Part shown: positions 12,474 to 24,981 of the stretch, piece by piece
How positions within the stretch are numbered: position 1 is the stretch's first letter
Layout: each line of letters starts with the position of its first letter
From: Octopus vulgaris
Taxonomy: Eukaryota
DNA: 64,000 bases
Direction: 5' to 3'
Assembly: GCA_951406725.2 (NCBI GenBank)
Contig: OX597827.1
Span: forward strand, 51,832,001 to 51,896,000
The notes under the pieces: generated by a model
Told to the model about the DNA's origin: nothing
The model's input: the letters and a program-made list of their open reading frames with translations, nothing else
The model's database searches: none
Made by a program: the position numbers and the translations under genes

Positions 12474-12919
12474 GGATCTTTTCGGTTTGAACGGCAGTTT
12501 TTTTAAATAATTTCCACGTAACTAAGCACTTTTAAACTTCGTATACTGGTAGAATGTGTTTATAAAAGATCTTTTTCTCTTGGCTTTATTGAGAAAATTC
12601 TATAGTTTGTAAGATATTTGTTGTTTTTTTTCTTCATTTTCTGCAATTTCAACCAATCAAATACGTCTATTGAGTTAAAAAGCATTCTGTGCCGTATGTC
12701 CCTCGTTTAAGAAACAGATTGGGTTTATTTACATTTCTGAAGAAAAAAAGATACCCTTCTCCCCACCCCTAACCCTAACCCTAACCCTAACTAACCCTAA
12801 CTCTAACCCTAACCCTAAAACAGATTGAAATGCAATAGATCGATACTAGGGTCATAATTATGGGTGACAATTTCATATGACACCGCTAGAAAAAACTGCC
12901 GTTCAAACCGAAAAGATCC
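12474..12919 (-). mobile_element. Complete TIR element (MITE) with internal telomeric repeats and 8-bp TSD
   Basis: TIR GGATCTTTTCGGTTTGAACGGCAGTTTTT / AAAAACTGCCGTTCAAACCGAAAAGATCC; CTTTTCGA duplicated at 12466-12473 and 12920-12927; (CCCTAA)n ~12767-12818. Confidence 0.92.
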
Positions 12920-13489
12920 CTTTTCGACCTACCTGCTTTCGTCATTAGACTGCGCGCATGCTTGGGCGCCGCCTTTAAGAATTTTAGTCGAACGAATCGA
13001 CTCTAGTTTTATTAGGTTTTTTTAAGCCTGGTACTCTTTAGCCGGACCACTAAGTATCGAGAACATAAACGCACCAACACCAGTTGTCAACCGGTGGTAG
13101 TGGTGGTGGTGGTGGTGGGGGGACAAACAGACACAAACGCGCGCATACGCACACACATACTTCTTTCAACAAATCCACTTACAAGGCTTTATTAAAATAA
13201 GTAGCAGAAGACACTTGTTTGGGAACTGAAACGGATACCATATATATTACTACATTCATTCCATCTTAATTTGAAGCTGGTGATCAACGATTAGGACCAT
13301 TTAACATTATCATTGTTTGCTACAACAAAATAAACATTACTCTATATACAAAAACAGTATAGTAAATAACATACACTAGTACAACACTATAAACTAACAC
13401 ACACAGTTATCACACACACACACACACACACACACACAAGTTCATGCAGATAATATTCCCACCACACACACACAGAAAGCTTTTATATT

Positions 13490-14123
13490 GTATGTATGTA
13501 TGTATGTATGTATGTATGTATGTATGTATGTATGTATGTATGTATGTATGTATGTATGTATGTATGTATGTATGTATGTATGTATGTATGTATGTATGTA
13601 CATGTATGTATGTATGTATGTATGTATGTATGTATGTATGTATGTATGTATGTATGTATGTATGTATGTATGTATGTATGTATGTATGTATGTATGTATG
13701 TATGTATGTATGTATGTATGTATGTATGTATGTATGTATGTATGTATGTATGTATGTATGTATGTATGTATGTATGTATGTATGTATGTATGTATGTATG
13801 TATGTATGTATGTATGTATGTATGTATGTATGTATGTATGTATGTATGTATGTATGTATGTATGTATGTATGTATGTATGTATGTATGTATGTATGTATG
13901 TATGTATGTATGTATGTATGTATGTATGTATGTATGTATGTATGTATGTATGTATGTATGTATGTATGTATGTATGTATGTATGTATGTATGTATGTATG
14001 TATGTATGTATGTATGTATGTATGTATGTATGCATGCATGCATGCATGTATGTATGTATGTGCAGATTTGTATGTTTTATGTATGTATGTATGTATGTAT
14101 GTATGTATGTATGTATGTATGTA

Positions 14124-14187
<64 letters not shown>
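13490..14187. repeat. (TATG)n/(TG)n microsatellite (duplicate of 10373-11086)
   Basis: Directly visible. Confidence 0.97.
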
Positions 14188-14191
<4 letters not shown>

Positions 14192-14736
14192 GTGACTGAG
14201 TGACGGTCGGTGTTAAAAATTCCGTCACTGTATGAGTTTCCGTGATTTACCATAAATATAAACTTACTCAGAAATATAATTAGTTGGAAACAGATTTTTA
14301 CTGTACTATATTTTTAAATATTGTAGCATTTTTCTGAGAAAGTACTGTGCGGCCCAGAGCTTGTCGAATCGAGATTTGTATTAAGTGGATATTACTTTCT
14401 CTCTGGCACACTACACCCACCTTAAGTAACCTCTTAATCCGTCTATTATTCGAATTCATTCACCCTGTTTCCGCCTTAATTTGTTGTATCAATATTCAAC
14501 CTGTTTCATGAAATTTACTCTTATTTGCGTTATACTTCTAACAAACACAAAGTTTCCGTGGAGTACAGTTGTATCTATAAATTAGTTCATTATCTGAAAC
14601 AGGTTTTCTGTATAAGTCTTTTTGTATACCAAAATATCATCTGACGGGAATTTCTTTTAGATCGAATAATATCCGCCTCAAAATACATATATCAAGTCAG
14701 GTCGAGGTAGCCTATAGTTTGTACATTTATTTTTGG

Positions 14737-15623
14737 GATCTTTTCGGTTTGACCGGCAGTTTTGTCTAGCGGTGTCATATGAAATTGTGACCCTAGTATC
14801 TATCTATTGCATTTCAATCTGTTTTAGGGTTAGGGTCAGAGTTAGGGCTAGTTAGGGTTAGTTAGGGTTAGGGTTAGGGTTGGGGTTAGGGTATCTTTTT
14901 TCTTCAGAAATGTAAATAAACCCAATCTGTTTCTTAAACGAGGGACATATTCATACGGCACAGAATGTTTTCACCTCAATAGACGTCATTGATTGGTTGA
15001 AATTGCAGAAATTCAAGAAAAAAACAATAAATATCTTACAAATTATAGAATTTTCTCAATAAAGCCAAGAGAAAAAGATGTTTTATAAACACATTCTACC
15101 AGTATACGAAGTTTAAAAGTGTTTAGTTACGTGGGAATTATTTATTAAAACTACCAAGCTAGCTAGATATCTTTTCGAGGATCTTTTCGGTTTGAACGGC
15201 AGTTTTTTTAAATAATTTCCACGTAACTAAGCACTTTTAAACTTCGTATACTGGTAGAATGTGTTTATAAAAGATCTTTTTCTCTTGGCTTTATTGAGAA
15301 AATTCTATAGTTTGTAAGATATTTGTTGTTTTTTTTCTTCATTTTCTGCAATTTCAACCAATCAAATACGTCTATTGAGTTAAAAAGCATTCTGTGCCGT
15401 ATGTCCCTCGTTTAAGAAACAGATTGGGTTTATTTACATTTCTGAAGAAAAAAGATACCCTTCTCCCCACCCCTAACCCTAACCCTAACCCTAACTAACC
15501 CTAACTCTAACCCTAACCCTAAAACAGATTGAAATGCAATAGATCGATACTAGGGTCATAATTATGGGTGACAATTTCATATGACACCGCTAGAAAAAAC
15601 TGCCGTTCAAACCGAAAAGATCC
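14737..15623. mobile_element. Two telomeric-repeat MITEs in inverted orientation ~25 bp apart (near-palindrome)
   Basis: + copy ~14737-15153 and - copy ~15179-15623, near-identical to 11634-12052 and 12474-12919. Confidence 0.9.
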
Positions 15624-15639
15624 CTTTTCGACCTACCTG

Positions 15640-16015
15640 CTTTCGTCATTAGACTGCGCGCATGCTTGGGCGCCGCCTTTAAGAATTTTAGTCGAACGAA
15701 TCGACTCTAGTTTTATTAGGTTTTTTTAAGCCTGGTACTCTTTAGCCGGACCACTAAGTATCGAGAACATAAACGCACCAACACCAGTTGTCAACCGGTG
15801 GTAGTGGTGGTGGTGGTGGTGGGGGGACAAACAGACACAAACGCGCGCATACGCACACACATACTTCTTTCAGTTTCCGTCTACCAAATCCACTTACAAG
15901 GCTTTATTAGACCCGTGGCTATAGCAGAAGACACTTGCCCAACGTGTCACGCAGGGGGACTGAACTCGGAACCATGTGGTTGAGATGTAAGCTTCTTACT
16001 GCATAGCCTCGCCTA
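15640..16015 (-). mobile_element. SINE family A, diverged copy
   Basis: CTTCTTTCAGTTTCCGTCTACCAAATCCAC...GAAGACACTTGCCCAA...GGACTGAACTCGGAACCATGTGG. Confidence 0.8.
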
Positions 16016-16138
16016 TAGACGTTAGAAATTTTGAAGCTGGTGATCAACGATTAGGACCATTTAGATATGGCCATTGTTTGAGAAATAAAATTACCAATAA
16101 TGAAGTTAGCAATACACATACACACGTACACACACACA

Positions 16139-16189
<51 letters not shown>

Positions 16190-16869
16190 GCACGCACGCA
16201 CACACACACACACACACACACAAATCAAGGATTTTGTTTTGGCGGTCACTGTCCCGGAATACGCATGGTTTTTAAGAATGGAAACTCCATGCATGTTTAT
16301 AGATAAAGAAAAGTTTCTCGGCATTGTGTTGAGGATTGTAGACGGTAGATGGTAGATAGTTTGCACCTTTTAAAGTTAATGGGGTGAAAAGGTGAGCACG
16401 GCCACGAGTGTAGGAACTACATAATCATCATTCCAAGAAAACATGCTTCAACAAACATTTCTTTCATGACTGTCTTCTTGAATTGCAATTTTGACTGGCG
16501 TAAATGCATAGATATCTTTAAACTTTATGCTGACGAACTGAAGGAAACAACTCACCTGCTCACTCAGATAGTCTGGTTATTCTCGCTAAACCTGCTGAAA
16601 CAACCATGGGTCTAGGAACAGGGGGTGCAGTGGGGTGCGCTTGTACCTACTAAAATTTTAGTGGAGTACCCCTACTTACTTTTTTCAGGTTTAGAAAACA
16701 GTGAGTAAAAAGTGATCTGTAAAAGGTACCTTGAATTAGGTTTCTTCTGTAAGAATAAAGTACATGAATAAATAAATTAACATATCCTTATTTGCAAATA
16801 TTTTTGGAGCTGGGTTTGCACCCACTAAGCAGATTTCTTTCCCGAACCAGTGGAAACAACTCTCTCTCT

Positions 16870-17095
16870 CTCTTTACTTTTTTACTTGTTTCAGTCATTT
16901 GACTGTGGCCATGCTGGAGCACCGCCTTTAGTCGAGTAAATCGACCCCAGGACTTATTCTTTGTAAGCCTAGTACTTATTCTATCGGTCTCTTTTGCTGA
17001 ACCGCTAAGTGACGGGGACGTAAACACACCAGCATCGGTTGTCAAGCGATGTTGGGAGGACAAACACAGACATACAAGCATATACACACACATAC
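16870..17095 (-). mobile_element. SINE family A, 3' half
   Basis: TTACTTGTTTCAGTCATTTGACTG...GTCAAGCGATGTTGGGAGGACAAACACAGAC. Confidence 0.88.
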
Positions 17096-17334
17096 ATACG
17101 TGGATCTAAATATGTGTCTGTATGCATATTATGGAGAACTGGAGAGCTTACAGTAGCTTTTAGAGACCTGAATTTACTAAAGTTTGATATTCGTCCTATT
17201 CAGAGTTAACTTGACTATTTTGTTTACTTATGCTTCACTCCCGCAGCTAGATGTGAGAAAAAGGTTCACACGACCCACCTCCAGACCGATGCAAATATAA
17301 TTTTAAAAAATTAAAAAAATTATGCGCCATTTTA

Positions 17335-17548
17335 AAGCCCGGTTTCCCGGTTTCAATGCCGTATGTGTTCCCCAACTGGACGGGACGCCAGTCCATCGCA
17401 GTGTTGCTCCTTTTTGCTAGCTGAGTGGACTGGAGCAACGTGAAATGAAGTGTTTTGCTCAAGAACACAACGCGTCGCTCGGTCCAGGAATCGAAACCAC
17501 AATCTTACGATCATGATGCTGACACCCTAACTAATAGGCCACGCGCCT
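17335..17548 (-). mobile_element. tRNA-headed SINE family D (with CTGCGATGGACTGGCGTCCCGTCCAG central segment)
   Basis: Reverse complement of the family at 45055-45255; head GAGGCGCGTGGCCTATTAGTTAGG, B-box GGTTTCGATTCC. Confidence 0.8.
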
Positions 17549-18559
17549 CACTGATTTCAAATTTTTGGCACAGGGCCAGCAATTTAGGGGAAGCGGGTAA
17601 GTCGGTTACACCAACCACAATGCTTAACTGGTACATATTTTTATCGACCCCCGAAAGGACGAAAGGCAAAATCGACCGTGGGGGAGTTACTGAGATAAGA
17701 CCTTCATTATTTTCTAACCAAATGATTTTTCTGAAATTTTTCGAAATAGCTAATTGCGTACTATTTGGACATTTATGCTTATATTGTTACAACACTCCTA
17801 CAATCTCAACACCGTTTTAGCGCTTCTCTGATTGCGATTGTGCTTTTCGTCTGTTTTATTCGTTACTAAATTTTCCACATGTTTTATCATTCCGGTCACT
17901 CACCTTCTGTTAGTAATCTTTTTTCACCCGATTACCCTTTCCTCCCTATTCTACATGTAGCTATCTCTCTAAAATAGCTAGATTTATAATGTACAACATT
18001 GATTTTTTATTTAATAATTGCATTAATCACAAAGAGGAACATTGATTTTTGCATCAGACATGCCTTTGTATCATCATTTTTTATCGTATTACGTGTGTTG
18101 TACCTGATATGTTGGGATGGATTCCAATTCACGCGAAGTCGTGATTGGTTACATTTTATCACGTGGGTGACATTCTAGCGAATCGCGACATCGGGTGTAG
18201 TGATTTGACTGCTGAATATTTCTACTGCAAAGTAAAGAAGGTAATTTGTTCATTTTACCGGCTAGCCGCCAAGACCATCGTGGCCCTGCACTGTTCCTAC
18301 TAGAACATGCGATCATATCTATTAGGTTTTATTAGTGACTTCTGCCTTGTAGAAATCAGTAATAACTAAATATGCAAAAGAACTAAATATGTAAAAGTAC
18401 TAGCCTCAATTCATTCGACTGAAGTGGGACTAAATCAATTGGAGTGGAGCCCCGAAGGCGGTCTAGTGTTCGATTCGACACTCTTCCGGCAGCTCCTGCA
18501 ACCAAGCTGGTGCCAAACGCAATGCACTGCACTCCACTGTATATATATATATATATGCA

Positions 18560-18755
18560 TGCATGTCTTGTGCTTGTCCCCCACCACGGCTTGACAACTG
18601 GTGTTGGTGTGTTTACGTCCCCATGACATTAGTGGTTCGGCAAAAGAAAACGTTAGTATAAGTACTGGGGTCAATTCATTCGACTAAAAATTCTTCAAGG
18701 AGGTGCCCTAGAATGGCCGCAGTCTAATGATTGAAACAAGTTAAAAATAAAAGAT
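18560..18755 (+). mobile_element. SINE family A, 3' half, diverged
   Basis: GCTTGACAACTGGTGTTGGTGTGTTTACGTCCCC...ATGATTGAAACAAG. Confidence 0.75.
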
Positions 18756-18984
18756 GTTGAGAGAGATTTCCTTGGAATGGTGATAACGCACCGGTAGCTA
18801 GTGCACTACATCTTTCAAAACACGCTAATACGGTGACCTTATAACCATTAACTTTAAAAGGCGCCTATCTACGTTCAGCACAACGTAGAAAATGTTTGCT
18901 AGTAAACTTGATACGAAGTACGGCGGCTGCGTTTAGAAAAGTAAAGATTGAACTCTGAACGTAAAGAGCGGGAATAAATATCCT

Positions 18985-19275
18985 TTTCTACACTAGGCAC
19001 AAGGCCCGAAATTTTGGTACTTAATTTATTGACCCTGAAAGGATGAAAGGCAAAGTCGATCTCGGAGGAATTTAAATCCAGCAGAAGGAATTTTATGCTT
19101 TAACAATTCTTATTAATCCACTACTGTTTAATAATAATTTCGAGACAAGGCCAACCATTTTGAGAGTGAGGTTACTCGACGTCATTGAATCCAATTACTT
19201 GACTAATAATTTATTTTTAGACCCTCAGAGATGAAAGACAAAGTTGACTTTGGCGTAATTTGAATCCACAAAGTA
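18985..19275 (-). mobile_element. Two diverged SINE family B fragments
   Basis: GAAAGGATGAAAGGCAAAGTCGA(T)CTCGG core at ~19037-19067 and a decayed copy at ~19228-19262. Confidence 0.65.
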
Positions 19276-19457
19276 TTGTTTTTATTATTATTATTTTTTT
19301 AGTGATTCTGCAAGATCAACGTCTTTTATAATAATTCCTAACACAGGAAGGATTTTAGTCGATTTTATCAACTCCGTACATACCTACTGTACACACACAC
19401 ACACACACACACACAGGTGTATAGTATATATATATGTGTGTGTGTGTGTTTGTGTGT

Positions 19458-19763
19458 GGAGGCGCAATGGCCCAGTGGTTAGGGCAGCGGACTCGCGGTT
19501 GTAGGATCGCGGTTTCGATTCCCAGACCGGGCGTTGTGAGTGTTTATTGAGCGAAAACACCTAAAGCTCCACGATGCTCTGGCAGGGGGTAGTGCTGATC
19601 CCTGCTGTACTCTTTCGCCACAACTTTCTCTCACTCTTTCTTCTGTTGGCCTGCTCGCTTAGCCAGCGAGGTGGCGTCATGTGAAGTCTAAAGCAATGCG
19701 AAGCGCATTGTGACCAGCGATGTGTGGCAACATCTGATAGCCTGGTCGGTCACGGTGATCACG

Positions 19764-19768
<5 letters not shown>
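19458..19768 (+). mobile_element. SINE family C, full length, inserted in a microsatellite
   Basis: GGAGGCGCAATGGCCCAGTGGTTAGG A-box, GGTTTCGATTCCC B-box, tail (CACGGTGAT)2; near-identical to 54580-54888. Confidence 0.9.
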
Positions 19769-19799
<31 letters not shown>

Positions 19800-19892
19800 T
19801 AACAGTATTAATAAAATAGATGGAAGGAGAAAAGATTTTATTGGGTACGACACATACTCATCATCTATTTATACATTTTGTGTAATTTCTGC

Positions 19893-19968
<76 letters not shown>

Positions 19969-20527
19969 TATCGTCAAAGGATATTTGATGACATAGCTCT
20001 TCCATATACTTTGTTTTGCATAGAACTGTCCTATGTTCAAAGTTTTTTCCTTTTTTTTCTTTTGGCTCTTGACTTTGGTAAACTTGTTCTTGTTATTGTC
20101 TGGTTATGAAAAGGTTTTGGCTATCACTAGCGTCTGTGTTTACATTTTAAATGTATTCGTTCGTGCATTTTCTGAAGCATCATTTTTTAAAGTTTGAGTT
20201 TACAATTACGTCTGTTTGTTAATATCATTTTTTTTTTGGGGGGGGGGGAACTTTGGCGAGAAATCGACAGGTTCGTTCGAGTTGGATAGTTGTTCCGACT
20301 GTCTGCACTCTGAGTTCAAACCCACCAAAGCCAACTTTGCCTTTTATTTTTTCTGGGTAGACTAAAAGTATTCGTTCAGAGTTGAGAATTGGCGGAACGG
20401 TAAAAGGCAAGATGCATTGGAATAACTGTTATGACTCTTTGCAGTCTAACAGCAATGCCTACGACATAGGTACCAAGCTGTGTCGACTTAAGTTGGAAGC
20501 CTTTTCTCTTGGATAAACAGCAGCAGC

Positions 20528-20583
<56 letters not shown>

Positions 20584-21154
20584 AGTTTAGAAATGATGAC
20601 AAGGTTATGAGCGAATTTGAAGTGTTACTAAACGAACTTACCGTCACTGAAAAGTATTACAAGGGGCAGATATTACAAGTATTACAAGGGGCAGATATTT
20701 TTGGCAAGATGAAAAAGATTGGCGGAATACCATTCTTGAAAATATGACTGGGGTTATTGTTAGCTTCATCTATCATAGAAAGGCGGAATGTTTGTATTTA
20801 GAACAAAGACAAAAGCAACAGAGCCTTTTTGAGAAAGCAAACTGGAAAGACAAGAAAATTATCTAAAAAAAGGATCCCAATCAATTCTCCTTGATTTCCG
20901 CATTGAATATCATAAACAAGTTTTATGGAGAATTTACAAAGAAAATATAACGAAGATAAAAATACGTATATCCTGCTAATGCAGTAATTTGTTGGGATAA
21001 AAATAGCAGTGTTAAAAATATCTGGAAAAATAAATTTAGATAACTTATTGACGTCATAATAATTTCATAAACTTTCAAGAGAGCGTGAAATAATTGGTTT
21101 TTTTTTTTTACCCTTTTTAGAGTATCTCGAAGCACATGCATAAAGCTAAAAATA

Positions 21155-21715
21155 ATGGTTTCAAATTTTGGCACAGGGCCAGTAGTTTTGGAGGATGGGG
21201 TTAAGTCGATTACATCGATTCCAGTTTTCAACTGGTAACATCCGAAAGGATGAAAGGCAAAGTCGACCTCTGTGTAATTTGAACTCAGAACGTATAGACG
21301 GACGAAATGCCTATTTCTTTACTACCCACAAGGGGCTAAACACAGAGGGGACAAACAAGGACAGACAAACGGATGAAGTCGATTGCATCGACCCCAGTGC
21401 GTAACTGGTACTTAATTTATCGACTCCGAAAGGATGAAAGGCAAAGTCGACCTCGGCGGAATTTGAACTCAGAACGTAGCGGGAGACGAAATACCTATTT
21501 CTTTAGTACCCACAAGGGGCTAAACACAAGGGGGACAAACGGATTAAGTCGATTACATCGACCCCAGTGCGTATCTGGTACTTAATTTATCGACCCCGAA
21601 AGGATGAAAGGCAAAGTCGACCTCGGCGGAATTTGAACCCAGAACGAAACGGCAGACGAAATACGGCTACGCATTTCGCCCGGCGTGCTAACGATTCTGC
21701 CAGCTCACTACCTTA
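21155..21715 (-). mobile_element. SINE family B tandem trimer
   Basis: Three GAAAGGATGAAAGGCAAAGTCGACCTC cores (~21244, ~21428, ~21598); only the rightmost copy has the tRNA-like head (GAGCTGGCAGAATCGTTAGC on -). Confidence 0.9.
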
Positions 21716-22457
21716 TAACGTTAAAAATAATAGCATGTAAATAATGGGTTGAAAAACCGTTTTGGATAGAGAAACTCGAAGGCTATTCAAAAGTGTTTTT
21801 CACGCCAATATTTATATGCTGTTATTTATAGCTTTATGTGTATGCTTCGGGATATTTAAAAAAAAAAGAAGTTATTTAAGTAACTTTAATTGAAAACAGA
21901 TAAGTGTAATCAGTGACTGGTAGCCCCTAATGCGAAAGAAACGTGGTCTTAGTTCTCTCAGTGAACCTGCAGTTTAGGGGGTGAGCAGGGGGTTGTTGTT
22001 CTGCTTCAAATTCGTTCATATAATGTCTAATGTCATTTTATATAGAAAATCTTATTTTCCAAAGATATACAGACTTTGGTTGCAAGGGCGTATCATCCAC
22101 CAGGAATACATGAAATTTCCACTCACCTCTTTCTGCATTAAAGTGTTCGGCTGGAGTAAAGAATACAATTTAATATAATTTACATTATTTCAGAAATATA
22201 GTTTTATACATTGCCATTTGTAATAGAGGAACTATAGTCAATAGTGGCCTGTACAAGATTCCTAAAATATAGAATTTCGTTTTGAGTATCGTAACTGTCA
22301 TTTCTTAAAGCAAGTGAGTTTATTTATGCTTCTGAACAAGATCGTCGCTTTCCGTAAAATATTTCATTTTTTTACTTATGTGGGGGAGCAAGGGGGCTTA
22401 TCTTTTGAAGTCTGAATAATTTTGAAACTGAATAATTAATAATAACATTATATAAAT

Positions 22458-22570
22458 GTGGCACCTTGGGCAAGTATCTTCTACTATAGCCTTGGGCCGA
22501 CCAAAGCCTTGTGAGTGGATTTGGTAGATGGAAACTGAAAGAAGCCCGTCGTATATATGTATATGTATAC

Positions 22571-22620
<50 letters not shown>

Positions 22621-23124
22621 TAATATATGCATACATACAAACATATATGTACGTACCTACATCTACATGTATATATACATGCATATATAAATAATTATAC
22701 GTGAGTACTGGACACCACAATAAGACGTGGAAACGGGGAAAAACAAAAAAACAAAAATCAAGAAAACGAAAAAAACAGTTACAGGACGTGCTACACAAGG
22801 AAAAAACCCCCGTCATCAGCTGTCGCTAGTAGACTCAAGCGTGTTTCGAAGGCAAAGACAGAACACTAATCCACTAGGCCTTCCTGCGAGAGAATTAAAA
22901 TAAAATTCCAGCAGCGGGGCAAAATGAGTACGAACGTCTTATTGTGGTGTCCTGTACTCACGTATAATTATTTATATATGCATGTATATATACATGTAGA
23001 TGTAGGTACGTACATATATGTTTGTATGTATGCATATATTTTTATTTATCACATTATTGTCTGACAGCGCCCCGCGTCAGGTTCGTTCCGATTCGTCGTT
23101 TCGTTCCACCTCTTGGTTCCTGTT

Positions 23125-23181
<57 letters not shown>

Positions 23182-23406
23182 GTGTATATGTGTGTGTGTC
23201 TGTGTTTGTCCCCCCCGACATTGCTTGACAACCGATAGTGGTGTGTTTACGTCCCCGTAACCTAGCGGTTCGGCAAAACAGATCAATAGAATAAGTACTT
23301 GGCTTACAAAGAATAAGTCCTAGGGTCGATTTGCTCGACTAAAGGCGGTGATCCAGCATGGCCGCAGGCAAATGACCGAAACAAGTAAAAGAGTAAAAGA
23401 GTAAAA
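22458..23406 (+). mobile_element. SINE family A with a PLE-like inverted-repeat insert in its internal (TA)n
   Basis: 5' body 22458-22555, insert ~22615-23130, 3' body ~23190-23406. Confidence 0.85.
22622..23040. repeat. 107-bp inverted repeat with ~205-bp spacer
   Basis: 22622-22728 vs 22934-23040, one mismatch seen. Confidence 0.92.
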
Positions 23407-24019
23407 ATGTTAAATGTTTTGGTGCGTGACTTTTGGCCTACTCTGGATAGTGATCTGATGCACGTTCAAATAAACGTTAGACATACGTGTAAAAGCATAG
23501 ACACATAAACTGTTGATAAAGCATAAATATTTCTTCTTGGACCGTGAAATCTTGGGTTTCAAGAAGGTAGCAATGATTTGGAAAGAACTTAGTGGACTAA
23601 GAACACTATTTTGTTCGATTGGACGGGACTTAGACTCACGTATACATATTCACACGCACATACAAAAAACACATTCACACGCGCGCGCGTCATATTATCA
23701 CCAACTGTTGCTGACGTAAAATAATGGATCTGCTGTCTGATTCAGCAATGAGAATTGCAGACGTTTGATGAATTGTTCTATTGATTTATTGTATTATCGT
23801 ATTGAGTATTCCAGACCCGTGTACCTTTACCATAGTTTTCAGGCAAAATCAATGTGACACACGCATAGTGCGCTAAAGCTGACCCAGTGAATTATACGTT
23901 CGTCTACCCACTTTTAGAGACAGGGCTTTGATCGTTTGGAGATTATGATGATACTTGACTAACATGACATATAATGGGATCGAACCCAGAATATCATGAA
24001 TGTAACACGAACTTGTAAA

Positions 24020-24254
24020 CCTATTTCTTTACTACCCACAAGGGGCTAGACACAGGGAGGACAAACAAGGACAGACAAACGGGTTAAGTCGATTATATTG
24101 ACCCCAGTGCGTAAGTGGTACTTATTTAATCGACCCCGAAAGGATGAAAGGCAAAGTCGACCTCGGCGGAATTTGAACTCAGAACGTAGCGGTAGACGAA
24201 ATACCGCTAAACATTTCGCCCGGCGCGCTTACGTTTCTGCCAGCTGTTCGCCTT
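24020..24254 (-). mobile_element. SINE family B, full length
   Basis: CCTATTTCTTTACTACCCACAAGGGGCT...CGACCTCGGCGGAATTTGAACTCAGAACG...TTCTGCCAGCT. Confidence 0.9.
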
Positions 24255-24981
24255 CAACTTGTAAACCACTCAGCTAGATATACACGCAGGTCCGTCGCTA
24301 GACTTTGGTGCCTGTGAATGCTTCGGAATATTCTGGATGGGCACTAATTTTTGTAGACGGCATTTTCTAAATCTGAGGTTGCACCATTGAATAGTGAGGA
24401 GAAAGTGCCGTCCAGTGCACCCTCTTAACGACGGGCATATCTGTACCGACATCAATGCTCAGATTCAGAATAAAATAGACAACTAATTGAATCCTCGCCA
24501 AGAAACTGTACAGAATACAATGTACCAGAATGGAAAACTGACACATATTGAGGGGTTCACTAGCATATTACCTCTTAGTGATTATCACTCTCTAAGTATT
24601 ATTCACACTTGACAAAATGCAGTAGCTATATTAAATTATAAGGATTTCTTTATAGATACAATACTTTAAGTATATACCTTACAATTCTATAGTTCTACAA
24701 AACAATATGATATACCACACTACAGCTATGAAACACCGTGATAAAAATATTCAGATGAATATATCTGAGCGTACATTTCATTTAGAGATAATCTTCAAAA
24801 AATTGCGATCTTAGAAGTTTCAAATACACAACTGTATTTTAAAAAATAGTGTGTAAACTTCGTTATTTCCTATAAGTTGCAGGCAACTAGTCTCTTAAAA
24901 TCAAATAGAAGTGAGTAAAATTATTGGAATTCATTGTATGATACATATCACGCTTGAGTAGATATCATATAATCAAATATC

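Larger units (their letters stand above)
10320..15870. repeat. Near-identical tandem segmental duplication (copy 1 ~10320-13168, copy 2 ~13439-15870)
   Basis: Same order of (TATG)n, unique spacer (ACGGTGACTGAGTGACGG...), two telomeric-repeat TIR elements and SINE tail; copy 2 lacks ~12063-12450. Confidence 0.95.

Noticed and set aside
10309-14228. Long ORFs (200-280 aa) such as MYVCMYVC/HTYIHTYI, also at 30.0-30.8 kb and 59.8-60.4 kb
   Set aside because: These are stop-free translations of (TATG)n microsatellites with no coding complexity.
11722-15525. TTAGGG/CCCTAA tracts as a telomere or telomere-fusion site
   Set aside because: The tracts are short, degenerate and always at the same internal position of a TIR element that also occurs at 49.6 kb.
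16552-16592. Minus-strand micro-exon between TTTCAG and GTGAGT
   Set aside because: It is isolated, next to a probable transposon fragment, and nothing supports it beyond the splice-like motifs.
19458-19535. tRNA genes (A/B boxes at SINE heads)
   Set aside because: The heads continue into shared SINE bodies and lack an intact cloverleaf and terminator; they are tRNA-derived SINEs.
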